Notes under the pieces: generated by a model
What the model saw: only the letters and a program-made list of their open reading frames with translations
What the model was told of the DNA's origin: nothing
The model's database searches: none
Shown: positions 1 to 9,416 of the stretch, piece by piece
Position numbering within the stretch: the first letter of the stretch is position 1
Layout: each line of letters starts with the position of its first letter
Translations under genes and position numbers: made by a program
Source: Dehalococcoidales bacterium
GTDB taxonomy: Bacteria > Chloroflexota > Dehalococcoidia > Dehalococcoidales > RBG-16-60-22
Direction: 5' to 3'
DNA length: 64,000 nt
Assembly (NCBI GenBank): GCA_034429595.1
Contig: DAOUGB010000068.1
Location: 11,067-75,066 of the forward strand

Positions 1-969
1 GGTCACGGTCTTGCCTCTGAATTCCGGCGCGGCGTGGTAGGCGGAGGGCGGCAGTTTTAAAACATCCACCAGAAATTCGGTAATGTCTTTTATCTTAGCG
101 GCAAATGCCGTGTAGGACTGTTTCCGCTCGTCCGTATCCGCCAGGAATTTGGCGTAGTCCTGCATGGCGGAAGCGCAGGTAGCGCAATCGGTAATAATAA
201 AATCGAGGCTTTTAAACGCCGCCACGTTGGCATCGGCCATTTTGCGGCCGGTGGCAAAATCTCCCGCGCCGAGGAATACCGGCGCGCCGCAGCAGCCCTG
301 CCCGCGCGGCACGATGACCTCCACCCCGTTCTTCGTCAAAAAATTCACAATCTTAATGCCCAGCTCCGGGAAAACAAAATCCGTCATACAGCCGGTGAAA
401 TACCCCACCGTATACTTGGCCTCCACGCCGGCGGGGGGTTTATTGACTTCCGGGATAGACTCGCGGAGGAACCTGGGCGCTATCGCGGGGATATGCCGCC
501 CCTTGCCAAGGGCGGAGAGGAAAAAGGCAAGATGGCGGGTGGTGCCCTGCGTTTTGGGGAGAAAGATGCCCTGGAACCACGAGACAAACCGCACCGCGTT
601 ACCGAAGAGGCGGCGGCGGGGCAAAAGCCAGCGGTAGATAAAACCGTACGGGAAAGGCACGCCGCGCTTTTTTACCTTATCCGCCCGGGCCGCCGTAATG
701 ACCGAGGGCACATGCGTTCCGGCGGGGCAGTTCTGCGCGCAAGTCATGCATAAAGTGCAGCGGTTAAGCATCTCTTCCATTTCTTTGGAGGCGGTCAGAC
801 CGCCGGAAAGGAGATTCCGCACCATCACGATTTTTCCGCGCGCCACCGAGGACTCCACTTTCTCCTCGCGGTAGACGGGGCAGGCGGACATGCAGAAGCC
901 GCACCGGGTGCATTTATCCAGGTCGGCTTTGAATTTTTCTATATTAGAGTATTCTGGAGCGTTCTTCAT
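1..969 (-). CDS. (Fe-S)-binding oxidoreductase subunit, GlcF/HdrD-like (N-terminus complete, C-terminal end runs off the window)
   Basis: My own translation of the minus strand from the ATG at 969-967 gives MKNAPEYSNIEKFKADLDKCTRCGFCMSACPVYRE...LNRCTLCMTCAQNCPAG. This contains two CxxCxxCxxxCP 4Fe-4S motifs. It lies directly downstream of the GlcD-like gene on the same strand. It is absent from the ORF track because there is no stop codon in the window. Confidence 0.75.
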   Translation of the reverse strand, partial: MKNAPEYSNIEKFKADLDKCTRCGFCMSACPVYREEKVESSVARGKIVMVRNLLSGGLTASKEMEEMLNRCTLCMTCAQNCPAGTHVPSVITAARADKVKKRGVPFPYGFIYRWLLPRRRLFGNAVRFVSWFQGIFLPKTQGTTRHLAFFLSALGKGRHIPAIAPRFLRESIPEVNKPPAGVEAKYTVGYFTGCMTDFVFPELGIKIVNFLTKNGVEVIVPRGQGCCGAPVFLGAGDFATGRKMADANVAAFKSLDFIITDCATCASAMQDYAKFLADTDERKQSYTAFAAKIKDITEFLVDVLKLPPSAYHAAPEFRGKTVT

Positions 970-1096
970 TTAATACTCCTGTCATTGCGAGCCATTGATG
1001 GCGAAGCCGTCAAGGCGTGACAATCTCTATGATAAGGCTAAAACAATGATAGAGATTCTCACGGCCGCTTCGCTCCCTCAGAATGACAAGTCCTTC

Positions 1097-2476
1097 CTAC
1101 TCTTCCCATATCTTCCCCGGATTGAGAATGCCTTGGGGGTCGAGCAGGGCTTTGGTCTTTTTCATAATTTCTATCGCCGCGGGATCCATGGCTTTTTTCA
1201 GGAAGCGCTGTTTTTCCAGCCCGATGCCGTGCTCGCCGGAAAGGACGCCGCCCAGCTTTAAGGCAATCTCGATGATTTCATCCACGCACTGCAAAGCGCG
1301 CGCGTAATGCTCTTTATTTCTGTTATCCGTCAGCACCGCCGGGTGGAAATTGCCGTCGCCCACGTGCCCGGCAAAGCTGATGGGCACGTCATAGCGTTGG
1401 GCGCTTTCCCGCCCCAGCCGGATGAACTCGGCAATCTTATCGCGCGGCACGCAGATGTCCTCGTTGACGATGGTGTGCGCCCGACTCGATATATCCGAGT
1501 AGTGGGCGCGCCGCGCCGCCCAGTATTTATCCGCTTCCGCGGCATCGGCGGCCACGCGCACTTCCCGGGCCGTCTTTTTACAGATTTCCGCCACCTGCTC
1601 CGCTTCCGCCGCCACCGTCTGTGGCAGGCCGTCCACCTGTATCAGTAAAATGACCTGCGCGGTATCCAGCACTTTATCCGGGATAACCCCGCGGAACTTT
1701 TCGAACGTCCAGTTGTCCATGAACTCTACTTTGGAAGGCAGAACGCTGCTGGCGATGATGGCCGTGACCGTTTCCCCGGCGATGGCCGCGTCATCAAAAA
1801 CAGCCAGGACGGTCTGATTGGCCTTGGGCGCGGGCATCAGGCGCACCGAGATTTTGGTGATGACCCCCAGCGTCCCCTCCGAGCCGGTGAAAAGCATCAT
1901 CAGCTCGTAGCCGGTGCGGTTCTTGGGCGTCAGGCCGCCCAGCTTCATGATGGTGCCGTCCGCCAGGACGACCTCGATGCCGAGCACGTACTGCTTGGCG
2001 ACCCCGTATTTCAGGCAGGAAGGGCCGCCGGAGTTTTCCGCCACCACCCCGCCCATCGTGCACCCGGCGAAGCTCTGGGGGTCGGGCGGAAAGAAAAGCC
2101 CCTCTTTAGCTAAAGCCGTTTGGAAATCCTGCAAAACCACACCCGGCTCCATCGTCGCGTTGAGGTTGGTCTTGTTGATTTCGATGATGCGGTCCATTCT
2201 CACCATGCAGAGGACGATGCCACCCTTGATGGCAATGGAACCGCCGGAAACATTGGTGCCGCCGCCCCGCGGCGTGACCGGTATGCTATGCTCGCCAGCG
2301 TACTTGAGCACGTCTGAAACCTGCCGGGCATTGAGCGGAAACACCACGACATCCGGCAGGTGCGACCATGTATTGGTGCCGTCGTAGGAATAGGCGGTCA
2401 TCTGCTCGATGGAGTCCAGCACGTTCGTCCGGCCGACGATGCGGCGGAGGGCATCGATGTGTTCTTTGTTAATCAT
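1097..2476 (-). CDS. FAD-linked oxidase, GlcD / D-lactate dehydrogenase-like
   Basis: 459-aa ORF. It has a PCMH-type FAD-binding half (PVTPRGGGTNVSGGS) and a C-terminal half with GEHGIGLEK. It is paired with the Fe-S subunit gene. Confidence 0.85.
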   Translation of the reverse strand: MINKEHIDALRRIVGRTNVLDSIEQMTAYSYDGTNTWSHLPDVVVFPLNARQVSDVLKYAGEHSIPVTPRGGGTNVSGGSIAIKGGIVLCMVRMDRIIEINKTNLNATMEPGVVLQDFQTALAKEGLFFPPDPQSFAGCTMGGVVAENSGGPSCLKYGVAKQYVLGIEVVLADGTIMKLGGLTPKNRTGYELMMLFTGSEGTLGVITKISVRLMPAPKANQTVLAVFDDAAIAGETVTAIIASSVLPSKVEFMDNWTFEKFRGVIPDKVLDTAQVILLIQVDGLPQTVAAEAEQVAEICKKTAREVRVAADAAEADKYWAARRAHYSDISSRAHTIVNEDICVPRDKIAEFIRLGRESAQRYDVPISFAGHVGDGNFHPAVLTDNRNKEHYARALQCVDEIIEIALKLGGVLSGEHGIGLEKQRFLKKAMDPAAIEIMKKTKALLDPQGILNPGKIWEE

Positions 2477-2549
2477 ACAGGCTCCCGTTTGTCACAGGTT
2501 CTAATACTATGTTAGCGCGTCAGGTGTGAGGGTTCAAGGACGGGAATCA

Positions 2550-2897
2550 TCAGGCACTTTCCCGCCGGACAAGAATACCTGATTGATAGTACCGGTTGTG
2601 GAATGCCTCGATAATGCTTATCTCTTCTTCCGTGCAGCCGATGATGAGCTTGATTTCCGAGTCTTTTTTCTTGGTATCTATCGTGCAGGCAATGGCCGTA
2701 AGGTTGCGGTGGGGAGCGGTGCCCAGCCACAGGTCAATGCCGCCGCCGTCCATGGAGGAAGTGCCTTCCAGATAGCCGTAATCCAGGGGGAAAATCATTT
2801 CCGGATATTTGGGATGCGGCTTGCCTTTCGGCCTGTCGATAACGATTTTTTGTGTTTTTATCAAGTCATCCAGCCGATTCCAGAAAAGCGTTTTCAT
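2550..2897 (-). CDS. small inorganic-pyrophosphatase-fold-like protein
   Basis: 115-aa ORF. The motif DRPKGKPHPKYPEMIFPLDYGYLEGTSSMDGGGIDLWLG resembles the short PPase-like family. This assignment is from memory of the family only. Confidence 0.45.
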   Translation of the reverse strand: MKTLFWNRLDDLIKTQKIVIDRPKGKPHPKYPEMIFPLDYGYLEGTSSMDGGGIDLWLGTAPHRNLTAIACTIDTKKKDSEIKLIIGCTEEEISIIEAFHNRYYQSGILVRRESA

Positions 2898-2960
2898 GTC
2901 CCCTCCCGGAAAAACCTTGCACCATTATAGCACAAGATGCAGCCGGCCAATGACGGGTAT

Positions 2961-3146
2961 TTGTTTTATGCGTTTTTTTTAATATTTTTTTAAGTGTCTT
3001 AGCTTTGGGGTGAAGCTGATTTGTTTTTATAATTGATTTAATTGATTTATGTTAAGTTACTTATAAGTTTACAGTTAATAGTAGACAGTATAAGAGAATA
3101 CGGGATGATTGTAAATGAGTTTTTGTCCATTTTAAAATCCCCCTTA
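2961..3146. repeat. about 180-nt mosaic intergenic repeat, copy 1 (copy 2 at 55751-55920)
   Basis: The two copies align by eye. Shared blocks are ttgtt.t..cgttttttt.aa..ttttttta...cttagctttg...tgaagctgatttgtttttat...gttaa...attgtaaa...tttgtc.t...aaaatccccctt. Confidence 0.7.
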
Positions 3147-3461
3147 GAAGGGGGAAGCGAGAAAGGGCGTTGATGATTATACAGGACTATAAGTGAAAGT
3201 GAAAATGGATTGGTGTCCATTCCGACCTCGCCTCTTCTTGTCTCCGCACTACGCTAAAACTACGGGTGACAGGCCCCTCTCCGTACACAGAGAGGGGCAG
3301 GATAGATTATGCTGGATTCCAGATTCCCGACTAAAGTACGGGACAGGCAGGGTCGGGAATGACGGGGTACGGATTCTTCGTTTTACTCAGAATGACAGGA
3401 AACGAAAAGGGCGGGTTTGAAATCCACTTCTGCTAACAACTGACAACTTATATCTGAAAGC

Positions 3462-4385
3462 TTACTTCCCGTTGTGGTTCGGGAGGCTGCACACCAGGCC
3501 GGTGGGGCAGGCATCGCACTCCATCTGGAGGGTGGTGTGGGTGATATTAAAATCGTGCTCCAGAACCTCATTAACTTTGGTCACGACGTCACAGCTCTCG
3601 CTCACCATCTGGTCGGCTATTTTCAGGTGGGCGCTCAAAGCGTAGATGCCGGAAGTCAGCGTCCAGATATGGATTTCGTGCATGTCCTCCACGCCGGAAA
3701 TCCGCTTTACCGCCTCCGCCACTTTACCGATTTCCAGGTTCGCGGGTACGGATTCCAGCAGGATGTCCACCGCCTCTTTCACGATGCGCAGCGCCCCCCA
3801 CAGGATAACCAGGCCGATGACCACCGCCAGAATGGGGTCGGCGATATACCAGCCGGTAAAGTAAATGATAACGCCGGCGATGATGACGCCGACCGAAGAT
3901 AAAGTATCGCCGATGATGTGCCAGAACGCCGCCCGGATATTGATGCTCCTGCCGCTGCCTCTCCGCAATAAAAATAGCCCGATGATGTTGGCGGCCAGAC
4001 CGATGCCCGCCACGATCAGCATCAGCGGGCTTTTGACCTCCGGCGTATCCCAAAACCGCTGCGAGGCCTCATAGAAAATGTAGATGGAAAGCAGGATAAG
4101 GATAACGCCGTTAGCCAGCGCGGCCATAATCTCGGCGCGGTGGTAGCCGTAAGTCCTTTTGGCCGTGGCCGGCCGGCGCGCGAGGTTCATCGCGAAGAGG
4201 CTTAGCCCTATCGCCAAGGCGTCCGTCAGCATGTGCCCGGCGTCGCTCAAGAGGGCCAGGCTATTGCTAAGAAAACCGCCGATGATTTCCGCGGCCATGA
4301 TGACCAGTACCAGAACGAGGGTAATTTTTAAAGGACGCCCGTTTCCGGCATCATCATGAACACCATGATTATGGGTATGTGCCAT
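3462..4385 (-). CDS. czcD: cation diffusion facilitator family Zn/Co/Cd efflux transporter
   Basis: It has a His-rich N-terminus (MAHTHNHGVHDD), six hydrophobic segments, the CDF signature region (SLALLSDAGHMLTDA) and a C-terminal cytoplasmic domain. The start was moved to the ATG at 4385 because the upstream 54 nt lie in an intergenic repeat. Confidence 0.85.
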   Translation of the reverse strand: MAHTHNHGVHDDAGNGRPLKITLVLVLVIMAAEIIGGFLSNSLALLSDAGHMLTDALAIGLSLFAMNLARRPATAKRTYGYHRAEIMAALANGVILILLSIYIFYEASQRFWDTPEVKSPLMLIVAGIGLAANIIGLFLLRRGSGRSINIRAAFWHIIGDTLSSVGVIIAGVIIYFTGWYIADPILAVVIGLVILWGALRIVKEAVDILLESVPANLEIGKVAEAVKRISGVEDMHEIHIWTLTSGIYALSAHLKIADQMVSESCDVVTKVNEVLEHDFNITHTTLQMECDACPTGLVCSLPNHNGK

Positions 4386-4568
4386 TCTATTCACTATGTT
4401 ATCGCTTCCGGGAAAGGGAAGCAAGGGGACTATCGTCATTCCGAGAGAGTCTCGATGGGATTGGGACGACCGTGAGCATCCCGATCTATTGATTAAGCCA
4501 ATGACAGAAATTGCCGCGCCCTTCGACCGGTGGTCTCAATGGCTCGCAATGACAATCGACAGGCAAGA

Positions 4569-5609
4569 CTAGTCTTCCACCGGCCAGGGCAGACTTACGC
4601 TGATTTCCGTACCCTCACCGGGGGCGGACTTGATGCGGAGGATGCCGTTGAGGAGCTTGGACCGCTCGTGCATGCCCATGAGGCCCAGACGGCCGGCGCT
4701 GACCATCCCCTCGATTTTATCCGGGGCTTTAAATCCCTGGCCGTTATCGGTCACCGTCATCTTTATCGTGTCGCCCCGACCCTCCAGCCGGATAACGACT
4801 TTTGACGCCCGCGCGTGCTTTCTGATGTTATTGAGCGCTTCCTGGGCAATCCTGAAGAGAAGTATCTGCGTCTCCGATGACATCTTCCGGTCGACGCCCT
4901 TAACCTCTACCTTAATCTGGATTTTCTGGTCTCTTTCCATCTCTTCCGCAATCCACTCCAGAGCAGCTACCAGGCCGAGGTCATCGATAATGCGCGGCCT
5001 TAACCCCTGCGCGGTGGCGCGCAGTCCTTCCAGCGCCTTGACCGCCTGTTCGCGCACTTCCGCCAGATTATGCCGCACGGTAGCCATTTTGGGCCGCTGG
5101 GCGGAAGTGATTTTGTCCAGTTTCTGAATGAGGACGATGATATCCGGGGATACATCGTCATGCAAATCCCGGGCGATGCGCTTTCTTTCTTCTTCCTGCA
5201 CGCGGGTAATCTGCTGGATATAAGCGCGCACGTTCGCCTGCTGCTGTCTTTCCTGGGTAACATCCCGCGCAATATGCTCGAAGCCGGTTATCTTACCATC
5301 GGACATCAGCGCGCTGGTAGACATCATGACCGTCTTTTCAGAACCGTCTTTGACATATACCTGCTGCTCGTAAGGCTGCTCGAAGGGCTGTCCGGCAACC
5401 AGTTTGGCGCGGACTTCCCTGGCCAGGGCCAGCGCTTTTTTACCCAGGTATTTGGATACATGGACGCCTTTTATTTCGTCCACGGTAAAGCCGGTCAGTT
5501 TCTGCCAGCCGCGGTTGCCGTCCACGAAAAAGCCATTGACATCCTGCACCCAGATAGCGTCTGATGCGGCTTCAAAAAGGTGGCGGTATTTCTGTTCGGA
5601 TACATCCAT
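4569..5609 (-). CDS. PAS-domain sensor histidine kinase, NarL-partner (HisKA_3) type
   Basis: It has a PAS region (YRHLFEAASDAIWVQD), an H-box (RIARDLHDDVSPD) and HATPase N/G boxes (EALNNIRKHA, DNGQGF, GLMGMHER). The start was set at the ATG at 5609 (MDVSEQ) so it does not overlap the regulator gene. Confidence 0.85.
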   Translation of the reverse strand: MDVSEQKYRHLFEAASDAIWVQDVNGFFVDGNRGWQKLTGFTVDEIKGVHVSKYLGKKALALAREVRAKLVAGQPFEQPYEQQVYVKDGSEKTVMMSTSALMSDGKITGFEHIARDVTQERQQQANVRAYIQQITRVQEEERKRIARDLHDDVSPDIIVLIQKLDKITSAQRPKMATVRHNLAEVREQAVKALEGLRATAQGLRPRIIDDLGLVAALEWIAEEMERDQKIQIKVEVKGVDRKMSSETQILLFRIAQEALNNIRKHARASKVVIRLEGRGDTIKMTVTDNGQGFKAPDKIEGMVSAGRLGLMGMHERSKLLNGILRIKSAPGEGTEISVSLPWPVED

Positions 5610-5638
5610 AGGCGGACTACTCTTAACGGAGAAGGCGA

Positions 5639-6301
5639 TTATTGTATATCGTCGAGATCGATATATCCCTGTTTGAGCCCCTTGATGATGGCATCGGTAC
5701 GGCTGCTGCAACCGAGTTTATTGAAGATATTGGTCATGTGCGCCTTAACGGTACGCAGGCTGATAAAAAGCTTCTCCGACATCTCTTTATTGCTTAAACC
5801 GCGGGAGGCCCATTTTAAAATTTCCATTTCCCGGGAGGTAAGCTGACCGCCGGTTTCGCGCTCGTCCTGGTTTTTAGACATATTGGCCAGTCTTTGCACT
5901 AGCTTGCGCGTTACCTCGGGGTCCAGCACAGACTCGCCGGAACGCACGGCGCGGATGGCTTTCACCACGTCTTTGCCGGGGGAGTTTTTCAGCAGGTAGC
6001 CGCAGGCCCCGGCTTCCAGCAGTCCGATGATATAGCGGATATCGCTGTAGGCCGTCAATATCAACAGGGCGGTGGAGGGGTTACTCTGTTTGATTTGCTT
6101 GGTGGCTTCAACGCCGTTAAGCTTGGGCATGACGATGTCCATGATAATAATATCCGGCTTGACTTCTTTAGCCAGCCTGACGGCTTCCTCGCCATCCGTG
6201 GCCTCCCCCACCAGTTCAAAATCTCTTTCCTGCTCCAGGAGATTGCGCATGCCTTCTCTAAGCATAGCATGGTCATCAGCAATTAAAATCCTGGTTTTCA
6301 T
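5639..6301 (-). CDS. NarL/LuxR-family response regulator
   Basis: It has a receiver domain (ILIADDH...DIIIMDIVMP) and a C-terminal LuxR HTH (LTSREMEILKWASRGLSNKEMSEKLFISLRTVKAHMTNIFNKLG). Confidence 0.9.
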   Translation of the reverse strand: MKTRILIADDHAMLREGMRNLLEQERDFELVGEATDGEEAVRLAKEVKPDIIIMDIVMPKLNGVEATKQIKQSNPSTALLILTAYSDIRYIIGLLEAGACGYLLKNSPGKDVVKAIRAVRSGESVLDPEVTRKLVQRLANMSKNQDERETGGQLTSREMEILKWASRGLSNKEMSEKLFISLRTVKAHMTNIFNKLGCSSRTDAIIKGLKQGYIDLDDIQ

Positions 6302-6503
6302 GGCACTCCCCCATACACCTGATTTACAATAATATTGTAAAGCGTTCAGAAAAAAAGCGCAATTTGGGTGAATGGAACCATGGATATAGCACTAAAGTAC
6401 AGGCATATATAAGACTTCCGGACACCTAAGATAATACCGCAGGGCGTTTTAGTTCATTTTTTTTAGAATTAGTATTATAATAGGTCTATAGGTAAAAGGT
6501 TCT

Positions 6504-6794
6504 GTGATTGGCGTGGCTCGAAAAAGAGAAACCCAAAAACTCACTAATGAAGAAAGACAGGAAAAACGGAAGGCAATCCTGGCCGCCTTGGCTAAAGCCT
6601 CCGAAGATAGTGAGTTATTTAAAAACAATGCCGGTCTATCTGCCGGCGAACCCCAGGAATATTACACCCTTTCCCGCGATGAAATAGAAGCTCTTGTAAG
6701 CGGTGATATGGAAAAAATCGAGGCCTGGGTCAGCAACATGGATAGCGACCACGCCGCCCGGCTCTTACGCTGGCTGATTAAAGAGAGGTGGTAG
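6504..6794 (+). CDS. small hypothetical protein, possibly LigA/NHLP-clan-like
   Basis: 96-aa ORF with a GTG start. The segment YTLSRDEIEALVSGDMEKIEAWV resembles small LigA-subunit-like or NHLP-clan proteins. This assignment is weak. Confidence 0.35.
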   Translation: MIGVARKRETQKLTNEERQEKRKAILAALAKASEDSELFKNNAGLSAGEPQEYYTLSRDEIEALVSGDMEKIEAWVSNMDSDHAARLLRWLIKERW

Positions 6795-6875
6795 TTTTAG
6801 TATATAATTAAATGATTGCCCGGCATGGCAATCATTGTACAGCGGACCAAAAAGAGAAAAGGAGTTAGATACAAA

Positions 6876-8897
6876 GTGAGCAAAGACAAGGAAACGCAGA
6901 AGCCTAAGGAAGAAATCCTCGGGCAAATCTCAGACCAGGCAATCTCTTCTATGATGGAAGAAAACCGGGTGTTCCCCCCACCCAAGGAATTCTCCAAGAA
7001 CGCCGCCGTCAAAAGCATGGACGAGTACAAGGCGCTCTATAACGACTCCATAAAAAATCCCGATAAGTTCTGGGGCAAAATGGCCGAACAGCTTGATTGG
7101 TTCAAGAAATGGGATAAATACGAAGTTTACGATTTTAAAGATAAGCCCGAAGTCAGGCACTTTATCGGCGGAAAAATTAACGTAGCTTACAACTGCCTTG
7201 ACCGCCATTTAAAGACGGCGCGCAAGAATAAAGCCGCTCTTATCTGGCAGGGCGAACCGGAAAACGATGTCAAGACTTATACTTACCAGCAGCTGCATTA
7301 TGAAGTCTGCAAATTCGCCAATGTGCTCAAGAAGATGGGCATTAAGAAGGGCGATACCGTATCCATCTACCTGCCGATGATTCCGGAACTGGCTATCGCC
7401 ATGCTGGCCTGTGTCCGCATCGGCGCCATCCACAGCGTGGTTTTCGGCGGGTTTAGCGCCGAGGCTTTGCGCGATAGAATCCTCGACTGCAAATCCTCAC
7501 TGCTCATCACCGCTGACGGCTACTGGCGCAGCGGCAAGCAGATACAGAGCAAAGCCGGCGCGGATACCGCCGTGGCCGCCTGCCCCAGCATCAAAAACGT
7601 CATCTGCGTCAAGAGACTGGGCATTGAAGTTAAAATGCAGGAAGGTAAAGAGTTCTGGTGGCATGAGTTGATGGCCGCCCCTGATATTACCGCCAAATGC
7701 GAACCGGAACAGATGGAAGCGGATGAACCGCTGTTCGTACTGTACACCAGCGGCAGCACCGGCAAGCCCAAGGGCGTTCTGCATACCCAGGCCGGCTATC
7801 TTCTCCACTGCATGTTGAGCATGAAATGGCTTTTCGATATCAAAGACGAAGATGTCTATATGTGCACCGCGGATGTAGGCTGGATTACCGGACACAGCTA
7901 TATCGTCTACGGGCCGCTCTCGGCTGGCGCCACCTCCCTGATGTATGAAAGCGTACCCACCTATCCCGCAGCGGACAGGTTCTGGCAGATAGTCGAAAAA
8001 TACAGGGTCAACGTCTTCTACACCGCTCCTACGGTCATCCGCTCCCTGATGAGAGAGGGCGAAGAACTCCCCAATAAACGCGATCTTTCCAGCCTCCGCC
8101 TGCTCGGCTCCGTGGGCGAGCCTATCAACCCCGAGGCCTGGATGTGGTACTACCGCGTCATCGGCAAAGAGAAATGCCCCATCGTGGACACCTGGTGGCA
8201 GACGGAAACCGGCGGTATCTTAATCAGCCCCATGCCCGGCGCCATGGCCATCAAACCCGGCTCCGCCACCCTCCCCTTCCCCGGTGTCGAGCCCGTTATT
8301 TTGGACGAGAACGGCAAAGAGGTTGGGCAAAATGAGGGCGGCTGGCTTTGCATCAAGAAACCGTGGCCCGGCATGATGCGCACCATCTGGGGCGACGCCG
8401 CCCGGTTCAAGGAAACCTACTTCAGCAAGTTCCCCGGCTATTACTGCACCGGTGACGGCGCCCGCCAGGACAAAGACGGATACTACTGGCTCATGGGCCG
8501 TATCGATGACGTTATCAAAGTCTCCGGCCACCGCATCGGCACGGCCGAAGTGGAAAGCAGCCTGGTATCCCACGCTAAAGTGGCCGAGGCCGCAGTCGTA
8601 CCGATGCCCCACTCCCTGAAAGGCGAAGGCATTTATGCCTATGTCATTCTTAAATCCGGTGAAAAGCCAAGCCCTGAACTGGAAACCGAACTGAAGACCC
8701 ACGTCCGCAAGGTGATCGGCCCCATTGCCACGCCTGATGTCATCCAGTTCGCTGACGGTCTACCCAAGACCCGCAGCGGCAAGATTATGCGCCGTATCCT
8801 CGTGAAGATAGCCGCTGGCAATACGGATAACCTGGGCGATACTTCCACTCTCGCCGACCCCTCGGTGGTACAAACCCTGGTAGCCGGCAAAAAATAG
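6876..8897 (+). CDS. acs: acetyl-CoA synthetase (AMP-forming)
   Basis: It carries the AMP-binding signature [12 protein letters not shown], the Acs-typical WWQTETGG, and the C-terminal [12 protein letters not shown]. The ORF is open from 6816. I prefer the GTG at 6876, which sits behind an AAGGAG, because of the expected N-terminal length. Confidence 0.9.
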   Translation: MSKDKETQKPKEEILGQISDQAISSMMEENRVFPPPKEFSKNAAVKSMDEYKALYNDSIKNPDKFWGKMAEQLDWFKKWDKYEVYDFKDKPEVRHFIGGKINVAYNCLDRHLKTARKNKAALIWQGEPENDVKTYTYQQLHYEVCKFANVLKKMGIKKGDTVSIYLPMIPELAIAMLACVRIGAIHSVVFGGFSAEALRDRILDCKSSLLITADGYWRSGKQIQSKAGADTAVAACPSIKNVICVKRLGIEVKMQEGKEFWWHELMAAPDITAKCEPEQMEADEPLFVLYTSGSTGKPKGVLHTQAGYLLHCMLSMKWLFDIKDEDVYMCTADVGWITGHSYIVYGPLSAGATSLMYESVPTYPAADRFWQIVEKYRVNVFYTAPTVIRSLMREGEELPNKRDLSSLRLLGSVGEPINPEAWMWYYRVIGKEKCPIVDTWWQTETGGILISPMPGAMAIKPGSATLPFPGVEPVILDENGKEVGQNEGGWLCIKKPWPGMMRTIWGDAARFKETYFSKFPGYYCTGDGARQDKDGYYWLMGRIDDVIKVSGHRIGTAEVESSLVSHAKVAEAAVVPMPHSLKGEGIYAYVILKSGEKPSPELETELKTHVRKVIGPIATPDVIQFADGLPKTRSGKIMRRILVKIAAGNTDNLGDTSTLADPSVVQTLVAGKK

Positions 8898-8913
8898 CAG
8901 AGCCTGTAAAAAG

Positions 8914-8942
8914 GGATGGAGCGGCGTATAACCGCTCCATCC
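8914..8942 (+). terminator. strong hairpin after acs (no clear U-tract)
   Basis: ggatggagcgg-cgtataa-ccgctccatcc forms an 11-bp perfect stem starting 17 nt after the acs stop codon. Confidence 0.4.
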
Positions 8943-9122
8943 GGGTTAAACAAATACTAAAACAGGAGGTGATTATGGCATAAAGGCTATCATGTGTTCT
9001 TTCCCGGTTGAAAGATAATATTATTATTTTTATCTATGGGCTTCCGGGAAATTAATACATACTCTTTTGTTTGTTATGGGACTTAAAATTTAATATTGCT
9101 TGTCAGAAGGAGACGGTTTGTT

Positions 9123-9416
9123 ATGGGACATGGACCTTCCACAGAATGGCAGGCAGAGAAATCCCAAGCTTATAAATCAAAGCTGGGGATTATCATGTTT
9201 GCCATCTATACGCCTGTATACCTCGCTTTTATCCTCATCAGTGTCATCAGCCCTTCGTTTATGGCCAAAGATATCGGAAGCCTTAATGTAGCTATCGTTT
9301 ACGGCTTCGGGATTATCGTTCTGGCCATTATCCAGGCAATCATCTACAACAATATCTGTTCCGCGAAGGAGCGGCATGACCATATAACAGATGAGAAGAA
9401 GGAGGACAGCAAGTAA
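9123..9416 (+). CDS. DUF485 (YjcH-like) membrane protein
   Basis: It has two hydrophobic helices and sits immediately upstream of actP, overlapping it in a TAATG junction. This is the classical yjcH-actP arrangement. The ATG at 9123 follows an AAGGAG. Confidence 0.8.
   Translation: MGHGPSTEWQAEKSQAYKSKLGIIMFAIYTPVYLAFILISVISPSFMAKDIGSLNVAIVYGFGIIVLAIIQAIIYNNICSAKERHDHITDEKKEDSK

Noticed and set aside
164-753. Plus-strand ORFs of 157 and 86 aa at the window start
   Set aside because: They lie antisense to a much better minus-strand reading frame with two ferredoxin CxxCxxCxxxCP motifs (the GlcF-like gene). Their Arg/Pro/Ala-rich composition is typical of shadow ORFs.
3193-3420. 75-aa ORF in the 2930-3461 intergenic region
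   Set aside because: It is composed entirely of repeat units (…GNDGVRILRFTQNDRKRKG is the translated gattcttcg..cagaatgac repeat). There is no RBS.
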